In this document: positions 31,005 to 44,889 of the stretch, one piece after another
How the letters are laid out: each line of letters begins with the position of its first letter
Numbering within the stretch: position 1 is the first letter of the stretch
Source of the DNA: Raja brachyura
Lineage: Eukaryota
Assembly: GCA_963514005.1 (NCBI GenBank)
Contig: OY740789.1
Span: 62,310,001 to 62,374,000 of the forward strand
Direction of reading: 5' to 3'
Length of the DNA stretch: 64,000 nucleotides
The notes under the pieces: model-generated
Told to the model about the DNA's origin: nothing
Seen by the model: the letters and a program-made list of their open reading frames with translations, nothing else
Database searches by the model: none
Made by a program: the position numbers and the translations under genes

Positions 31005-32169
31005 TGATGGAGGTAATTAGACTCACTAGCAGCTGTTCTAGAGTTAGCACTTAAACTTCAGGATAATCCTGTGACATGTGTTGAAACCAGCACTGAATAA
31101 GATTCTCAACATTACCAAATTAAGAGGATTTTAGTGATGCAAGTTGATTTGAAAGACTGAGGCATTACAACTACTTTTCAATGGTATCTTTCAAGACGCC
31201 AGGCAAAACAGACTTTAATCAATTTGGATTAGATTTATCCAGGTTACAGAGGTAAAATAACACTATTGATTCCACACAGACCTACAGACCACACAGAGTC
31301 TGGAGTATTCTTATCATTCCTCCCATCCAAAGAATTCCTTGAGAATTGGAAGGGAAAATGCCCTTATTTTACCAAGATGCTACATGCAAAGTCATTCACA
31401 AGGTGTGCTTGCATCGAGCATGCCCTGTTGATTTTACTTCATTGTTTATGCAGGACATATGTTGACAAAGTGCAGTCATCAAATTAAGTACTACGAAATT
31501 GCAATATGGGATTCATCCAGCAGCTCATAACTGGGCATCCACACGATTATGAATCTGGTGGCGTGGGACTTCAGGCTTCAGTCCCACCTGTCCGATTGTA
31601 ACAGTGAAAAGTGGGAATCCTCAATAGGTGCTCCCTTCTTGAGTGGCTCATGTAGATACTTATGATGGAGGGGGAGGACTGTGCATGTAATAGTGGACTG
31701 AATCCACCATTCTCTGTACCGTCTTGTGATTCTGTGCATCGGATCTGGAAAAAAATGGGTTGCATGGAGACAACTGGATAATTTTAATAGAGCTAGAAGA
31801 AAAATAGTTTTTTAGAGAGAGGTAGTTTAAAGAACTTTTTCAAACCACAGAAGTAGGGCAAAAGATTTAGACTAGTGAAAAACAAACTTTGTATTGATCT
31901 CAACATGTTCATCAACAAAATAAACTGGATTCCTAAATGTGCAAGTTTCAAAGATTCTGTGACATTTTGTTGCATCTGTTTTCTATTTATTTGAAGAAAT
32001 AAAGGTCTGATGATTTTGCATAACTGAGATGGTGTTAAATTTACATTGAATCTTGAGGCCTTGATGCCTTCCATAATGTAACAAATCTTGCCACTGAGGC
32101 TTGACATGCTTTGTGTTTCATTAAATCGCATGATCTTAAACCTCGTTCGCAATTACATTCGGCAATTAA

Positions 32170-32325
<156 letters not shown>

Positions 32326-33213
32326 TAAGTGAATTAAGCATTTATTTTAAGTTCAAATAATGTCAGTAGAAAACTAAAGGAAACTAAATACTTAGCAGTC
32401 TGTGTATTTGAGGACAGCATCAGTGGAAAGAGCTATTCTTTCAGATCTTAGACCTTTACAACATTTGCAGGTTTTTATTGTATTTTCAGCAGCTTGGATA
32501 CATTTGGTTGATCTTCAGATCTTTGTGTTCAGAAGATGAAGGATGATCTAACCAAGTTCATTTAAAATCATATAAAAAGTTTCTCATTATGTACCTTGCC
32601 TATATATCTCAATCAAGTGACTCTTTAGCCTTCTCCACTCCCAAGAAAAACAAACCAGCGCATCCAAACTTTCCCCATCTCTGAGATGTTTCATCTGAGG
32701 GCAACATCTTGGTGATTATACACTCTCTTCATTGCAATCATATCACTGTTGTAAGCACAGTTCTCCAGCTGTGGCTCAACTGATGTTTTATGTTCTTGTC
32801 CCAAATCTACCCTGTTCTCGTGGGTTTTTTTGTCTGTTGAAGGAAGTTGTCCACATCTGACTCCTTAAACACTTATCTGCCTATGCTGCTAGTGTCATGG
32901 GTCCTTGGCCATGTACACCAAGCTGTCTCTATTCATCAGTACCATAGATTCTCTTATGTGATCTTGTTAAAGGTGATGTGAGATTCAGGAGAGGAGGTAC
33001 AGAGTGACCATTTCCTCTGGGATATAGTTTTAGGGTGGAATCACCTGATGGCTTTCAAACCATTTTAATTCAAAGTACATATCTGCAGACAAGGAGGGAA
33101 GCAAAAACTACTCCTATGGTTGAACATTCTACTGGCATTCACTTGGATGAGGCACATGAGGGTGATTGATGCCTATGGAATTGTCTTTGGAGGGAAGAAT
33201 ATTGCATGCAGTC

Positions 33214-33514
33214 TGGTCACAGTTTAAGGATAAGGGGGAAATCTTTTAGGACCGAGATGAGGGAAAGATTTTTCACACAGAGAGTGGTGAGTCTCTGGAA
33301 TTCTCTACCACAGAAGGTAGTTGAGGCCAGATAATTGGCTATATTTAAGAGGGAGTTGGATGTGGCCCTTGTGGCTAAAGGGATCAGGGGGTATGGAGAG
33401 AAGGCAGGTATGGGATACTGAGTTGAATGATCCGCCATGATCATATTGAATGGCGGTGCAGGCTTGAAGGGCCGAATGATCTACTCCTGCACCTATTTTC
33501 TATGTTTCTATGTC
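33214..33514 (+). mobile_element. CR1 LINE short 3' fragment
   Basis: ggtcacagtttaaggataagggg...cctattttctatgtttctatg; near-identical to 59335-59640. Confidence 0.9.
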
Positions 33515-35514
33515 TCAAAAAGCAATGTTATTGAATTACAGAAGTGGTAGTTTAGAGTTGTTTTTCTGTACTTCTCTTTAATTTACTTCAAAGTAACAGT
33601 CAAATTGTATTTTCCAGCAAGAAAGTTACATTTAGTTGCATGACAGTGTCGTCACTTTTTAAAGAATGGTTTTGGGTGGATCATTGGAATACTCCCAGTA
33701 TTCAGAAAGAAAGTTAAGTAAATATTAGAATTGAGCACCGCCATAAAGTCAACAACATCGTGGAGGGAGATAGATAGATTACATGCAGGCAGGGGAGATT
33801 AGTTTAATTTGGCATCATGTTCGGCAGGGGTATTGTTGGCCAGAGGTCCTGTTCTGTGTTTTACTGTTCTATGTTCCATAAGGTCAAAGATATTAGCTCT
33901 GAAAAGTGCTTAAAATACAAGTTTGCCACATGGAGAGCAGTAAACATATTTTACAATAGGTCTGTTAAATTCCACTGCTCTGGAGGAAACTGCTGAGAAA
34001 TATTGGAGAAAGGTTTGAGGTTGCATGAACACCTGCAGCAATGTATCCAGTCTTTGAAAGTTAACTTCCTAATCTTTTAGTGTCCCCCCCACCCCGACTA
34101 TTCAGAAATGATTATGGTTCTGCACCTGATACACTATGTGATATTTGTTACACCCCTTTTAACTCACTGGAGCCCCAGTTCCTGCAGTCCCTTTACATTT
34201 ACCAGTTTCCCTGGAAAATAAATAATAATAGTCTGTAACATTGAAATAAAGAGAATTCAAAGGGTGTTGGGTTATTAATAAGAATAATATACAATAGTAT
34301 GAAAATCTGCTAGCTCAATACAACTAATATCCCGAATTAGCCAAATTATTGAAGTATTCCTGCATTACTATTTAGAATCTGGTCTGTCATAAGCAGCATT
34401 GTTCGTCAGTTTGTTTATTGTTATTTTTCTTATTTTCTTATTTATTGATTGTGTTGTGATGTGTTTAACTTGTTTATTTAACATCAACCTGCCAAAGGGA
34501 CTAAAGATGGAAATTAGCTACTGGCTATAATCTTGCATATTTACATGTAAATGTTTATTAATATGCACTGTCCCTGTTTAAATAAAAAAATAAACAAATA
34601 TAAAACAATTGAAATGGAAATAATGTTATCCTCAAAATTTGGTGGTTGGATGAAAAGATATAACAGAAACACTGGACACACGTTCATTTTTTGTGTGCTT
34701 GTAAATTCATAGTTGACAGCTTTAGACAAAAACAATTGCAAATGTTGCACAGGGAGATTCCCATAGTCTTAAAATATACATCAATGCCTGAGGAGAAAAT
34801 CATCATGGGTTCCTGTCACTGGTGATTACCATCCAGTAATTGCTCTGTGACATCAAGTAATGTTTGTACGGGTAACATTTAGTAGGGAACTAAGATGTGC
34901 TGTGTGATGGGAATTAGTATTTCTGAGACATAGCTTTGAATTGTAGCCTGCTAGCTTGGGAAAGTAAGTAATGTTCCCACAAGGAAGTCCTTTAATTGTT
35001 CAGGCAAACAATTGTCCCTGCTCCAAAAATACTGAAACAGATTATCTGATTGTTACATTGTTTATGGGATTTTGTACTGCTAAATTTACCATTTTTGTTA
35101 TATTACATTGTGACAGAGACTCCACAACGACACTAATTGGCTATGAATCACTTTGGGACATTCAGAGATTGTGAGGAATACTTTATAAAAGTGATTTAAT
35201 GTTTTTTCTCTCTTCTTCGCTTCTCTGCTTGCCTTTCTTTCATGCCTTCATTTATACTGACTTCCACATGAAGAATGGCCAATTAAGCAATATATTATCT
35301 TATCCTTAAAATCCAAAACCAAATGATAAATATAACTTAAGTTTTCTGCTAACCAGTTCTGATTGTCAAAATGCTTATGAGTTCCTACAGTATTCCACTT
35401 GAAAGTTAAAGCTGAAATATATATGTATGCAAATAAAAATGATTAAACATTTTATTAATTTGATGATCAGATTTACTGATGCACATACTCCCTTCTGCTT
35501 AACCATTTGCAACA

Positions 35515-35579
35515 TGAGACTAAAAGAAAAGCACAACTTGATACTAAAAGAAAAGCACAACTTGAGACTAAAAGAAAAG
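35515..35579. repeat. 24-bp tandem repeat, ~2.7 copies
   Basis: Unit tgagactaaaagaaaagcacaact. Confidence 0.85.
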
Positions 35580-35689
35580 TAGAAAGCTGAATAGGGGAAA
35601 TGTGGAGTGAACAATGGATCTTCACAATGGAATTAATGTCAAGGAAAAACTGAAATGAGGAAATGCCGTTATACTGTTGTTCATTTTGA

Positions 35690-35818
<129 letters not shown>

Positions 35819-36160
35819 TAAATTTTCTACATTTGTTTCCACATGCCACTTTATGGTTGGTTGCCAAATATATTTGCTTTGTTTTTGGGTTATATACAAA
35901 ACACTCAAAACATCTTCTTTGGTTTCATAATCTTCAGAGTAAAGAAAATTCACCTTAACACTCTTAAATAGTAATCCCTAATGTTAGTTTCTCAAACAAG
36001 GAGAAACATTCTCTTTACATACACTCTGTCTCCACATCTATCCTGTTAACATCGGTCAGGTTCTTGTATGTTTTAATAGTCTTCACTCTTGTAAACTGTA
36101 GCGGACACAAACCCAGCCTGTCCAACCTTTTCACATAAGACAACCCGCCCATTCTAGTAA

Positions 36161-36370
<210 letters not shown>

Positions 36371-37692
36371 TAGAATCGGGAGAGAAAATAAGCTTTGAGA
36401 AGAGAAATGTTCTGTGGAATAGTCTATATTCTGTTAATGGAAATTCCATCAGAGCTAAATCATGCTTGTGAGGCAGAGTTTATTGCTATTTTATAAACAG
36501 GAACTGCACGTGCTGGTTTACATAGAAAAATACACAAAGTACTCAGTGGGTCAGGTGGCATCTCTGGAGAGCATGGATAGGTGACATTTAGTATCATGAC
36601 CCTTCTTCACACTGATTCCTATGGTGCTTGATTCCTAACAGCTGCTCCATTCAAAAATAGTGATCTGCTAGATTGAGCATGAAGAGTAAAACCAAAATCA
36701 GAGACATAACTTGTAATATTGAGGAATTACGTGTACTATATAGACACAGAATTTTCCCTAGATCTCACCATTTAGGAGCATTGTTTTCCCAAATGATTAT
36801 ATATTTTTAAATAACACTGCAGTGATCTGCAAACTAAGATGGAAATACAGGGTGCTTCATATATGGGTATGGAACATAATTACCACAAAATCGCATAGGG
36901 TATGAATTAACTGTGCAACAGCCTTAATTCTTCACAAAGTGCAGCATAGCCCTGTAGAAATCAGGGATTATTGATATGTCAAGAGCTGTAATTGACACTG
37001 CTGTCAATTGTCCGAAACAATTAATGTTTCGGATAGATGGAATTTTGCTTAGAGAATGCATTTCATCTTAGATATGGCAATTTTCATCATAGTTGCCCAT
37101 TGGCTGCCATGTCCATTAATTAATAGTGCAGTTACATTTTAATCAATGTAGTGTTTGTTAATATAGCGCTATTTGATTTATCTGATCCAGGGATTGAACA
37201 ATTTATATCTTTAGGTGAACAATTGTTGTTAGTTTCTGTTCTTTACTGTTAAATCAAGATTACAGGAAAATGTCAAAATAATATTTGCTTGGGAGATAAA
37301 AAGGAAAAAAATGTTAGCTATTAATAATAGTCCAAGTAGTGTAGAATTTTTATGAATTTCAATTACCCTAGCATTACAAAACCTGTAAAACACAAAATAT
37401 TACATGAGGAAAATACTCAGTAACTTGGGCAGGATCTGCAGAAAGAAACTGTTATGTTTTTAATGTCTGTGATTTTTCATCAGATCTGAAAAAAAGTTAA
37501 ACAAAATCAATTTTTTAAGATGCATTGCTAGGGAAGGAATTCATCATGAATATCGAAGAGTAAGATAAAAAGGACAGGTGCAGGACAGGCTAGAACACAA
37601 ATTATTAAACTAAATGATTAAATTGTATGGTTCACCCTGTCACAACTCTCCTCTCAATTCTTAATGCATATTAAACAGTTTAGTGTAAACCT

Positions 37693-39098
37693 GTTTACAT
37701 TGACGACTGCTTTGGTGTCACCTCCTGCACCCACGCAGAACTGACTGACTTTATCCATTTCACCACCAACTTCCATCCGGCACTCAAATATACTTGGACC
37801 ATTTCCGACATTTCCCTACCATTCCTTGACCTCACCATCTCTATTGCAGGTGACACACTCCTGACTGACATCCACTACAAACCAACTGACTCCCACAGCT
37901 ACCTGGACTACTCTTCCTCCCACCCTGCTTCCTGTAAGGACTCCATCCCCTATTCCCAATTCCTCCGACTACGCCGCATCTGCTCCCAGGATGACGTGTT
38001 CCACACCAGGTCATCGCAAATGTCCTCGTTCTTCAGAGAACGGGGTTTCCCCTCCCCCACTATCGATGAGGCTCGCACCAGGGTCTCCTCCATACCCCGC
38101 AACACTGCCCTCTCTCCCCATTCCCCCACTCACAACAAGGGCCGAGTCCCCCTGGTCCTCACCTTTCACCCCACCAGCCAGCGCATACAACAGATAGTCC
38201 TCCGCCAGTTTCGCCACCTCCAACGTGACCCCTCCACTCGCCACATCTTCCCATCTCCCCCCCTATCTGCCTTCCGCAAAGACCGCTCCCTCCGCAACTC
38301 CCTCGTCAATTCTTCCCTTCCCTCCTGCTCCACTCCTTCCCCGGGCACTTTCCCTTGCAACCGCAAGAGATGCTACACTTGTTCCTTCACCTCCCCCATC
38401 CACTCCTTTCAGGGACCCAAGCAGTCATTCCAAGTCCGACAGAGGTTCACCTGCACCTCCTCCAACCTCGTCTACTGCATCCGTTGCTCCAGATGCCAGC
38501 TAATCTACATCGGTGAGACCAAGCGGAGGCTAGGCGATCGTTTCGCCGAACACCTCCGCTCGGTCCGCAACAACCAACCCGACCTCCCGGTGGCTCAGCA
38601 CTTCAACTCCCCCTCCCACTCCGTATCCGACCTCTCGGTCCTGGGCCTCCTCCATGGCCAGAGTGAACAACACCGCAAGTTTGAGGAACAACATCTCATA
38701 TTCCGCTTGGGGAGTCTGCATCCTCTGGGCTTAAACATTGAATTTTCTCAATTCTGTTAACCCAGACTGCTCCTTTCCCCCCACCCCCCCACCTCTCCCT
38801 CAGCCCTCGGGCCCTGACATTCCTTCTCCATCTTCCCCCCCCCCCCCCAAGTCGCACTAGCTTCTCATTTTCACACCAGAAACAGCTTACAATGGCCTGC
38901 TTTCCTTATCACCAATACTTTTTTGCATATCTTTCACTCATTGTTCTTGCTTTATCTCTCCATATCACTGTTTATATCTCTCGTTTCCCTGATCCCTGAC
39001 CAGTCTGAAGAAGGGTCTCGACCCGAAACGTCACCTATCTCCTTCACTCCTTAGATGCTGCTGCACCCGCTGAGTTTCTCCAGCTTTTTGTGTAACCC
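37693..39098 (+). mobile_element. Young Penelope-like retroelement, 5'-truncated; open frame 37696-38760 (RT from YIDD + GIY-YIG endonuclease)
   Basis: YIDDCFG...NLVYCIRCSRCQLIYIGETKRRLGDRFAEH...GLNIEFS*; 13-bp TSD ttagtgtaaacct (37680-37692 / 39099-39111). Confidence 0.95.
39005..39032 (+). ncRNA. Minimal type I hammerhead ribozyme motif in the Penelope pLTR
   Basis: CTGAAGA-A-GGGTC-TC-GACCC-GAAA-C-GTC: conserved core boxes, 5-bp stem II, palindromic ACGT stem III, GUC cleavage triplet. Confidence 0.75.
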
Positions 39099-39370
39099 TT
39101 AGTGTAAACCTTGTCTAGTTCTGAGAAGAGACCATTGACCTCAAATGTTCATACAATTTCTCTATTCAAGTCCTGCCGGACTTGCGTGTTGTTTTTAGTG
39201 TATGCTACATTTATTTCAGATTACCAAATAATAGTTTTTGTTTCTGTGAAATTCAAACTCCTTTTCTGTGCCCCAAAACAGAATTCTATATGTAGAATAA
39301 ACCCTAAATAATGCCAATACCCTTGCATTAATATGAGTTTGTTAACATATCTTAATGTTTCACACAGTGA

Positions 39371-39625
<255 letters not shown>

Positions 39626-39739
39626 TGACTGTCCATATAGGTGCGATGAACAGTTCAGAGATTTTGTTGTTAATCTGTTATTTCTGAAATGTTGCTTGGC
39701 AGTAAAGTCAACCAAGCATATACCAAGTTACTGAAATAT

Positions 39740-42660
39740 TGTGAAATAGAACATAGAATCGTCCAGCACTGGAACAGACCACATGTCTGTAAAACATCAC
39801 TATTGTATCTGCTTCTATCGCCACCACTGCAGAAAGTTCCAGATACACACCATTCATTTTTTTTTTAAACTTGTTCGGCACATCTTCTTCAAACTTCCCC
39901 TTCTAACCATAAAGCTATGCCTTCCAGTATTTAACATTTCAACCTGGGAAAAAGGTTCTGAGTGACTGCCTTTTCTATGCCTTTCATAACTTTATAAACT
40001 TCTATCAGGTCTCCCCATAGCCTCTGATACTCCAGAGAAATCAATTTAAGATTGCCCAATCTGTCCATATAGCTAATACCCCCTAAATCAACAACTCTAC
40101 ATCCTTCCTGCAATCAAAATAGCACACAACGGTCCGAATGCAGTATAACCAAAGTTTTATAAAGATACAACATGAGGTACTCAATGCCCCGACCGAGGAA
40201 GCAAAGCATACCATACACCACCTTTATCATTCTATTTATTTGCACTGCTACTTTTTGGATTTAAAGATCCCTCAGTACATCAGTGCTGTGAAGGGTCATG
40301 CCAATAATTGTATACTTTCCCCATACATTTGACCTCCCAAAGTACTCCACCTCACATTTGCCTAATTTAATCTCTATCTACCATTTCTCCGCTCATATCT
40401 GTAACTGATACATATCCCTTTGTGCCCTTTAACAGCATTCTTCAGTGTCTGAAACTCCACCAATACTTGTGTTGGCTGAAAATTACTGACTAATCCATCT
40501 GCATTTTCTTCCAAGTCCTGTATAATGCATCACAAAACAAGCCAATTCTGAATATAATCTACCAAATGATTATGCATTCTATGCATCTTAATTTTCAGGA
40601 TTAGCCTACAACAAGGGACATTATTAAATGCCTTACTAAAATCCATGTCCACTGCCCTACCCTCATCATTCACCTTATTCACTCTTCAAAAAACTCAATT
40701 GAGTTAACAAGACACTTGCCACCTACAAAGCCAGACTGACTGTCCTCATTAACCCATTCTCCTCCTTCACCCTCTGACACGAAGCATAAATTCCCTTCTT
40801 TATTCTTGAGTGGCCCTACTCTTGCCCGAGATACCTTATCTTTTTAATGTCTGTTGAAAGCATTGGGGTTTTCTTAATCTGACATTCCAAGGACATTTCA
40901 TTACCACTTTTTGCCCTCCTAATTCCCTGCTTAAACTCTTCCTGCTTTCTGTACAAACCTCGTGCATGTCTGATTTTATCTTATAAAACCTTATATAAGC
41001 TTCCTTCTTTTGACCAAATTTACAATCTCTCTCGTCATCTAATGTTCCCTTACCTTGCCATCCTTGTCTCTCCTCAATGGAACATGCCAGTCCTGAACTT
41101 TGATCAGCTGGTCCTTATAAGACTCCAACACGTCGAATGTGGACTTCAGCTAACAACAGCTGCTGCCAATTTACTCTTGTGGTTCCTCCCTAATATTGTT
41201 GTAATTTGTCCTCCATCAATTTAGTACTGTCTCCCAAGGTCCAGAAATCTTTATTCATAACTGTTTAACAGCTTATGAATTGTGATTACTGTTCCCAAAA
41301 TGCTTTCCCACTCAAACGGCAGTCACCTGGTCAGGCAAAACAGTTGAACTTCGAGCTTGGATTGATACATAGAACAATGATATTGTAGCCATTACAGATA
41401 TCTGGTTTCCCAATACGAGGTCCAGTATGCTCCTTCCTTTAGTTGTACTATCCACAGACTGTTTCAAAAAACCCTCTTGCATACTCACACATCTAAGCCT
41501 AAGGAAAATAAAGTAACCTTCAATAGCCCTGTTGTTTTTGCATCTTTCCATAATCTATTATCAGTACCTCCATCTCCCTCTGGTTATTGGAAGGCTTATA
41601 GTATAATCCCATTAGAGTGATTGTACCTTATGTATTTTTGAGTTCTGGCCACATTGTCTTAGTGGATGAATCTTCCAATGTGATATCCTTGAGTGTAGTG
41701 GTGAAAGTTTCTCTGATCAGTAATGCAACTCGATCTGTTTGTACCTCTCTCCCTTTATCATGTCTGAAACATGGATACCCTGGAACATTGAGCTGTCTGA
41801 ACTGTCCCTCTCACAACCAGATATCTGTAATGGCTACAATGTTATTGTTCTATATATCAGTCCAAGCTCGAAATTCATCTGTTTTATCCATATTGCCCTT
41901 TGCATTTAAATAAACACACTTGGTCCATAAGGGTCACCATGTTCATTTATCTACTTGTTCTTCCTTTGAGGCTTACTTGTCATAACTTCCATCTTCCCAT
42001 AAATCACTCTGCTTGGTGAGCTGTTGCTCTGGTTCCCACCCCCCTCAACTCTAATTTCTACCCTCCAGTAGCATTAGCAAATCTCCCTGCGAGTATATTG
42101 GTTCCGCTCCAGTTCAGGTGTAACCCATCCTCTTGTAAAGGCCCTATTACCCTGGAAGAGAGCCCAAATGAGCACTATCAAATTGGACCATGACCTCTGG
42201 CTGCTAACTCACCGACTCAGAATGTCCTGTACCAGTTCCGTGACATCTTTCACCCTGGCATCAGATACAACATGCCATGCTGGAGTCTTGCTTCTGGCGA
42301 CAGAATCATCTGTCTGAACCCTGACCCTGCCACTATTGTACTGTTAGCCCCACACAGATGTGACCAGATATGGTACCTCTATTCTGGCTGCTGCTGCTAT
42401 TTGACCCTGAGAAGCCATTCCCTCCCCTCCATAGTATTCAAAGTAGTATATTTGTTTGAGAGGGGACTAGCCAGTGTAGATACCTGGATAACCTGCCTGA
42501 CTCTCCTGCCGGTCACCCATCTGGCTTAACCTTTAGTGTGGCCACTTGAAACTACCGTCTATAACCCCCTGTCTCCTATATACCCTCTGTATGTCCAACT
42601 ACCACTCCACGCAATCGATGTTGCCTAGAAGAGCTGCACATGGACACACTTCAAGCAGAT
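39740..42660 (-). mobile_element. Old, long, degenerate CR1 LINE (endonuclease to 3' end, with deletions)
   Basis: Minus-strand remnants GISYMDRLGNLKLISLEYQRLWGDLIEVYK, SILDLVLGN and IVAITDIW. Confidence 0.8.
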
Positions 42661-42732
42661 GTCATCTTCAAGTCATCACTTGACTGCTGCTTCGATTTCC
42701 CATATATCACAATATTACAATTATTACAAAAC

Positions 42733-42922
42733 GTGTAGGAAAGAACTGCAGATGCTGGTTTAAATGGAAGGTTGATACAAAATGCTGGAGTAGCTCAGCG
42801 GGACAGACAGGATTTGGTGATGTTTCGGGTCGAGACCCTTCTTCTTGACCCGAAACGTCACCCATTCCTTCTCTCCAGAGATGCTGCATGTCCCGCTGGG
42901 TTACTCCAGCATTTTGTGTCTA
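42733..42922. repeat. Fold-back Penelope-pLTR palindrome
   Basis: Minus arm ...gtttcgggtcgagacccttcttc joined to plus arm gacccgaaacgtcacccattcc...gtgtcta. Confidence 0.85.
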
Positions 42923-43516
42923 ATCCAAAACATGTCACCTTGTTTCTGTTCACCCTCTTCATTGAAGCCAGGTATTCATGAAAGCCGGCTCTTTGACCAA
43001 ATAGCAGCACTTGCATCTATCTCAAAGCAGCCCCTCTCAATGTGCCCAGTGTAAAATACCCTGGTTTGCTACATGTTGATTTCATTTTACTTATTGCTAA
43101 GGCTGCCCGTATTTAAGTCCTTACTTTAATATAACTTTTAACCTACTATGACTGTTCCTATCGACTGAAATGAGATCAGGAAAGAACCATTTCAGTAATT
43201 ATTAAAATCCAAATAACATGATATCGTTTGGAGGTTTAATTTTAAATTACAGAACACATTTATTGCTGCCTATTCTTGTTAAATTAAATATCCTTTTATT
43301 AATTTGTTTTGAAAATGTTCTATGTATTTAAAAAATGTTAATCTGTTTAATCATTATACGATCACAACCATGTGCATGCACTGTATGTAAAATGATTGAT
43401 ATAATTTCAGTGATAGTCCAATAACTACCAATAAAGATATTTCTGATTATCGATATGATGATGTGCCACAAATACATTTTTAAAATATTTTGAGAGCGAT
43501 TACCATCTGATGATGA

Positions 43517-43711
<195 letters not shown>

Positions 43712-44134
43712 TAAGGTGTTTCTCTTTATTATTCTTTCTGTCATTGATATGTTCTTACTCCTTTTTAGTTTTGCTGTGCCACATGCAAGCGACCCTCTGC
43801 GTATCGGGGGGAAAGGGTGGGGGGGGGGGGGGGAAGGGGGTTGCACCATGGAACGTTGCAAATTGAGGTTTTCCGTGATGCAAATGCATCAAGCAACACA
43901 AGTTGAAAACTAGTAGAAATTCTGGGAGAACTGTTTTTTCTTATTCCATGTCTCAAATAGCTGGTGATTTGTGAATTCCATAAAAATAAATTTCTGTAAT
44001 TCAAACAGCCTAGTGTAGCGGTGGCCTTCTCACAATGCCAGCAGGTCGTTTCATTTCAGCTCCTTAATCAGGAACGTTGTGACTGCTCAGGACTGCTCAA
44101 GAAGCATAGGGAGCAAGTACAATACATTACAATA

Positions 44135-44880
44135 CCATTTATTGTCATTTGAACCTCATTGAGGATCAAACGAAATTTCGTTTCAGCAGTCATACATACA
44201 AGAAAAGAACCAAGACCCAACACTATTTACACAAACATCCATCACAGTGAATATCCTCCTCACTGTGATGGAAGGCAAAGTCTTATCTCTCCCCTGCACT
44301 CCCCATTCTTCTCCCAATGTCAGAGTCAAAGCCCCCGGCGGGCGATGGTATATAAGTCCCGTGGCCATCAAAGCCGCGCTGGGCGATGTAAGGCCCCGCT
44401 CCAGGTCGTCTTCAACCCCGCAACTCGGGCGGGAGAAGTTGCCGCCGCAGGAGCTCCGAAAAGCGGTCTCCCACCAGGGACCCGCGAGCTCCCGGTGTTA
44501 CCGTCCACCGGCCTGCAGCTGGAGCCTCCGAATCTCGGGGGCCGGGCAGCAGCAGCGCGCCACCACAGCTCCTCCCGTTCCGAACTCGGCCAGCCCCACG
44601 ATGGGAAGTAAGTCCGCAGCTCCGCGACTGGAGCCCCAGGTCCCGTTGGAGGCTGCTCCATGATGCTAGGCCCCAACGACAACGGAGACCCAACAGAGAA
44701 AAGGTCGGGTCCTCCGTACAGGGAAAAGATTTTAAAAGTTTCCCCACCCCGCCCCCCACCCCCCACACATATCCAGCTAAAAAAAAACCACTAACTAACT
44801 ACACTCAAACGAGACAAAAAATAAAAAAAGACAGACGGACTGCAGAGGCCGCTGCGACGAGAGTCGCGCCGCCCAATTGT
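44135..44880 (-). mobile_element. GC/CpG-rich non-autonomous retroelement with Rex1-like 3' end (related to 22110-22765)
   Basis: Shared blocks (ccatcacagtgaggaggatattcactgtgatggatg; gggggaaacttt); attgtcatt at both flanks. Confidence 0.6.
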
Positions 44881-44889
44881 CATTGCCTA

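Noticed and set aside
44159-44768. Overlapping 118-150 aa ORFs or a CpG-island promoter of a nested gene
   Set aside because: Stop-poor GC-rich repeat sequence with a related copy at 22.1-22.8 kb; the peptides look non-biological.
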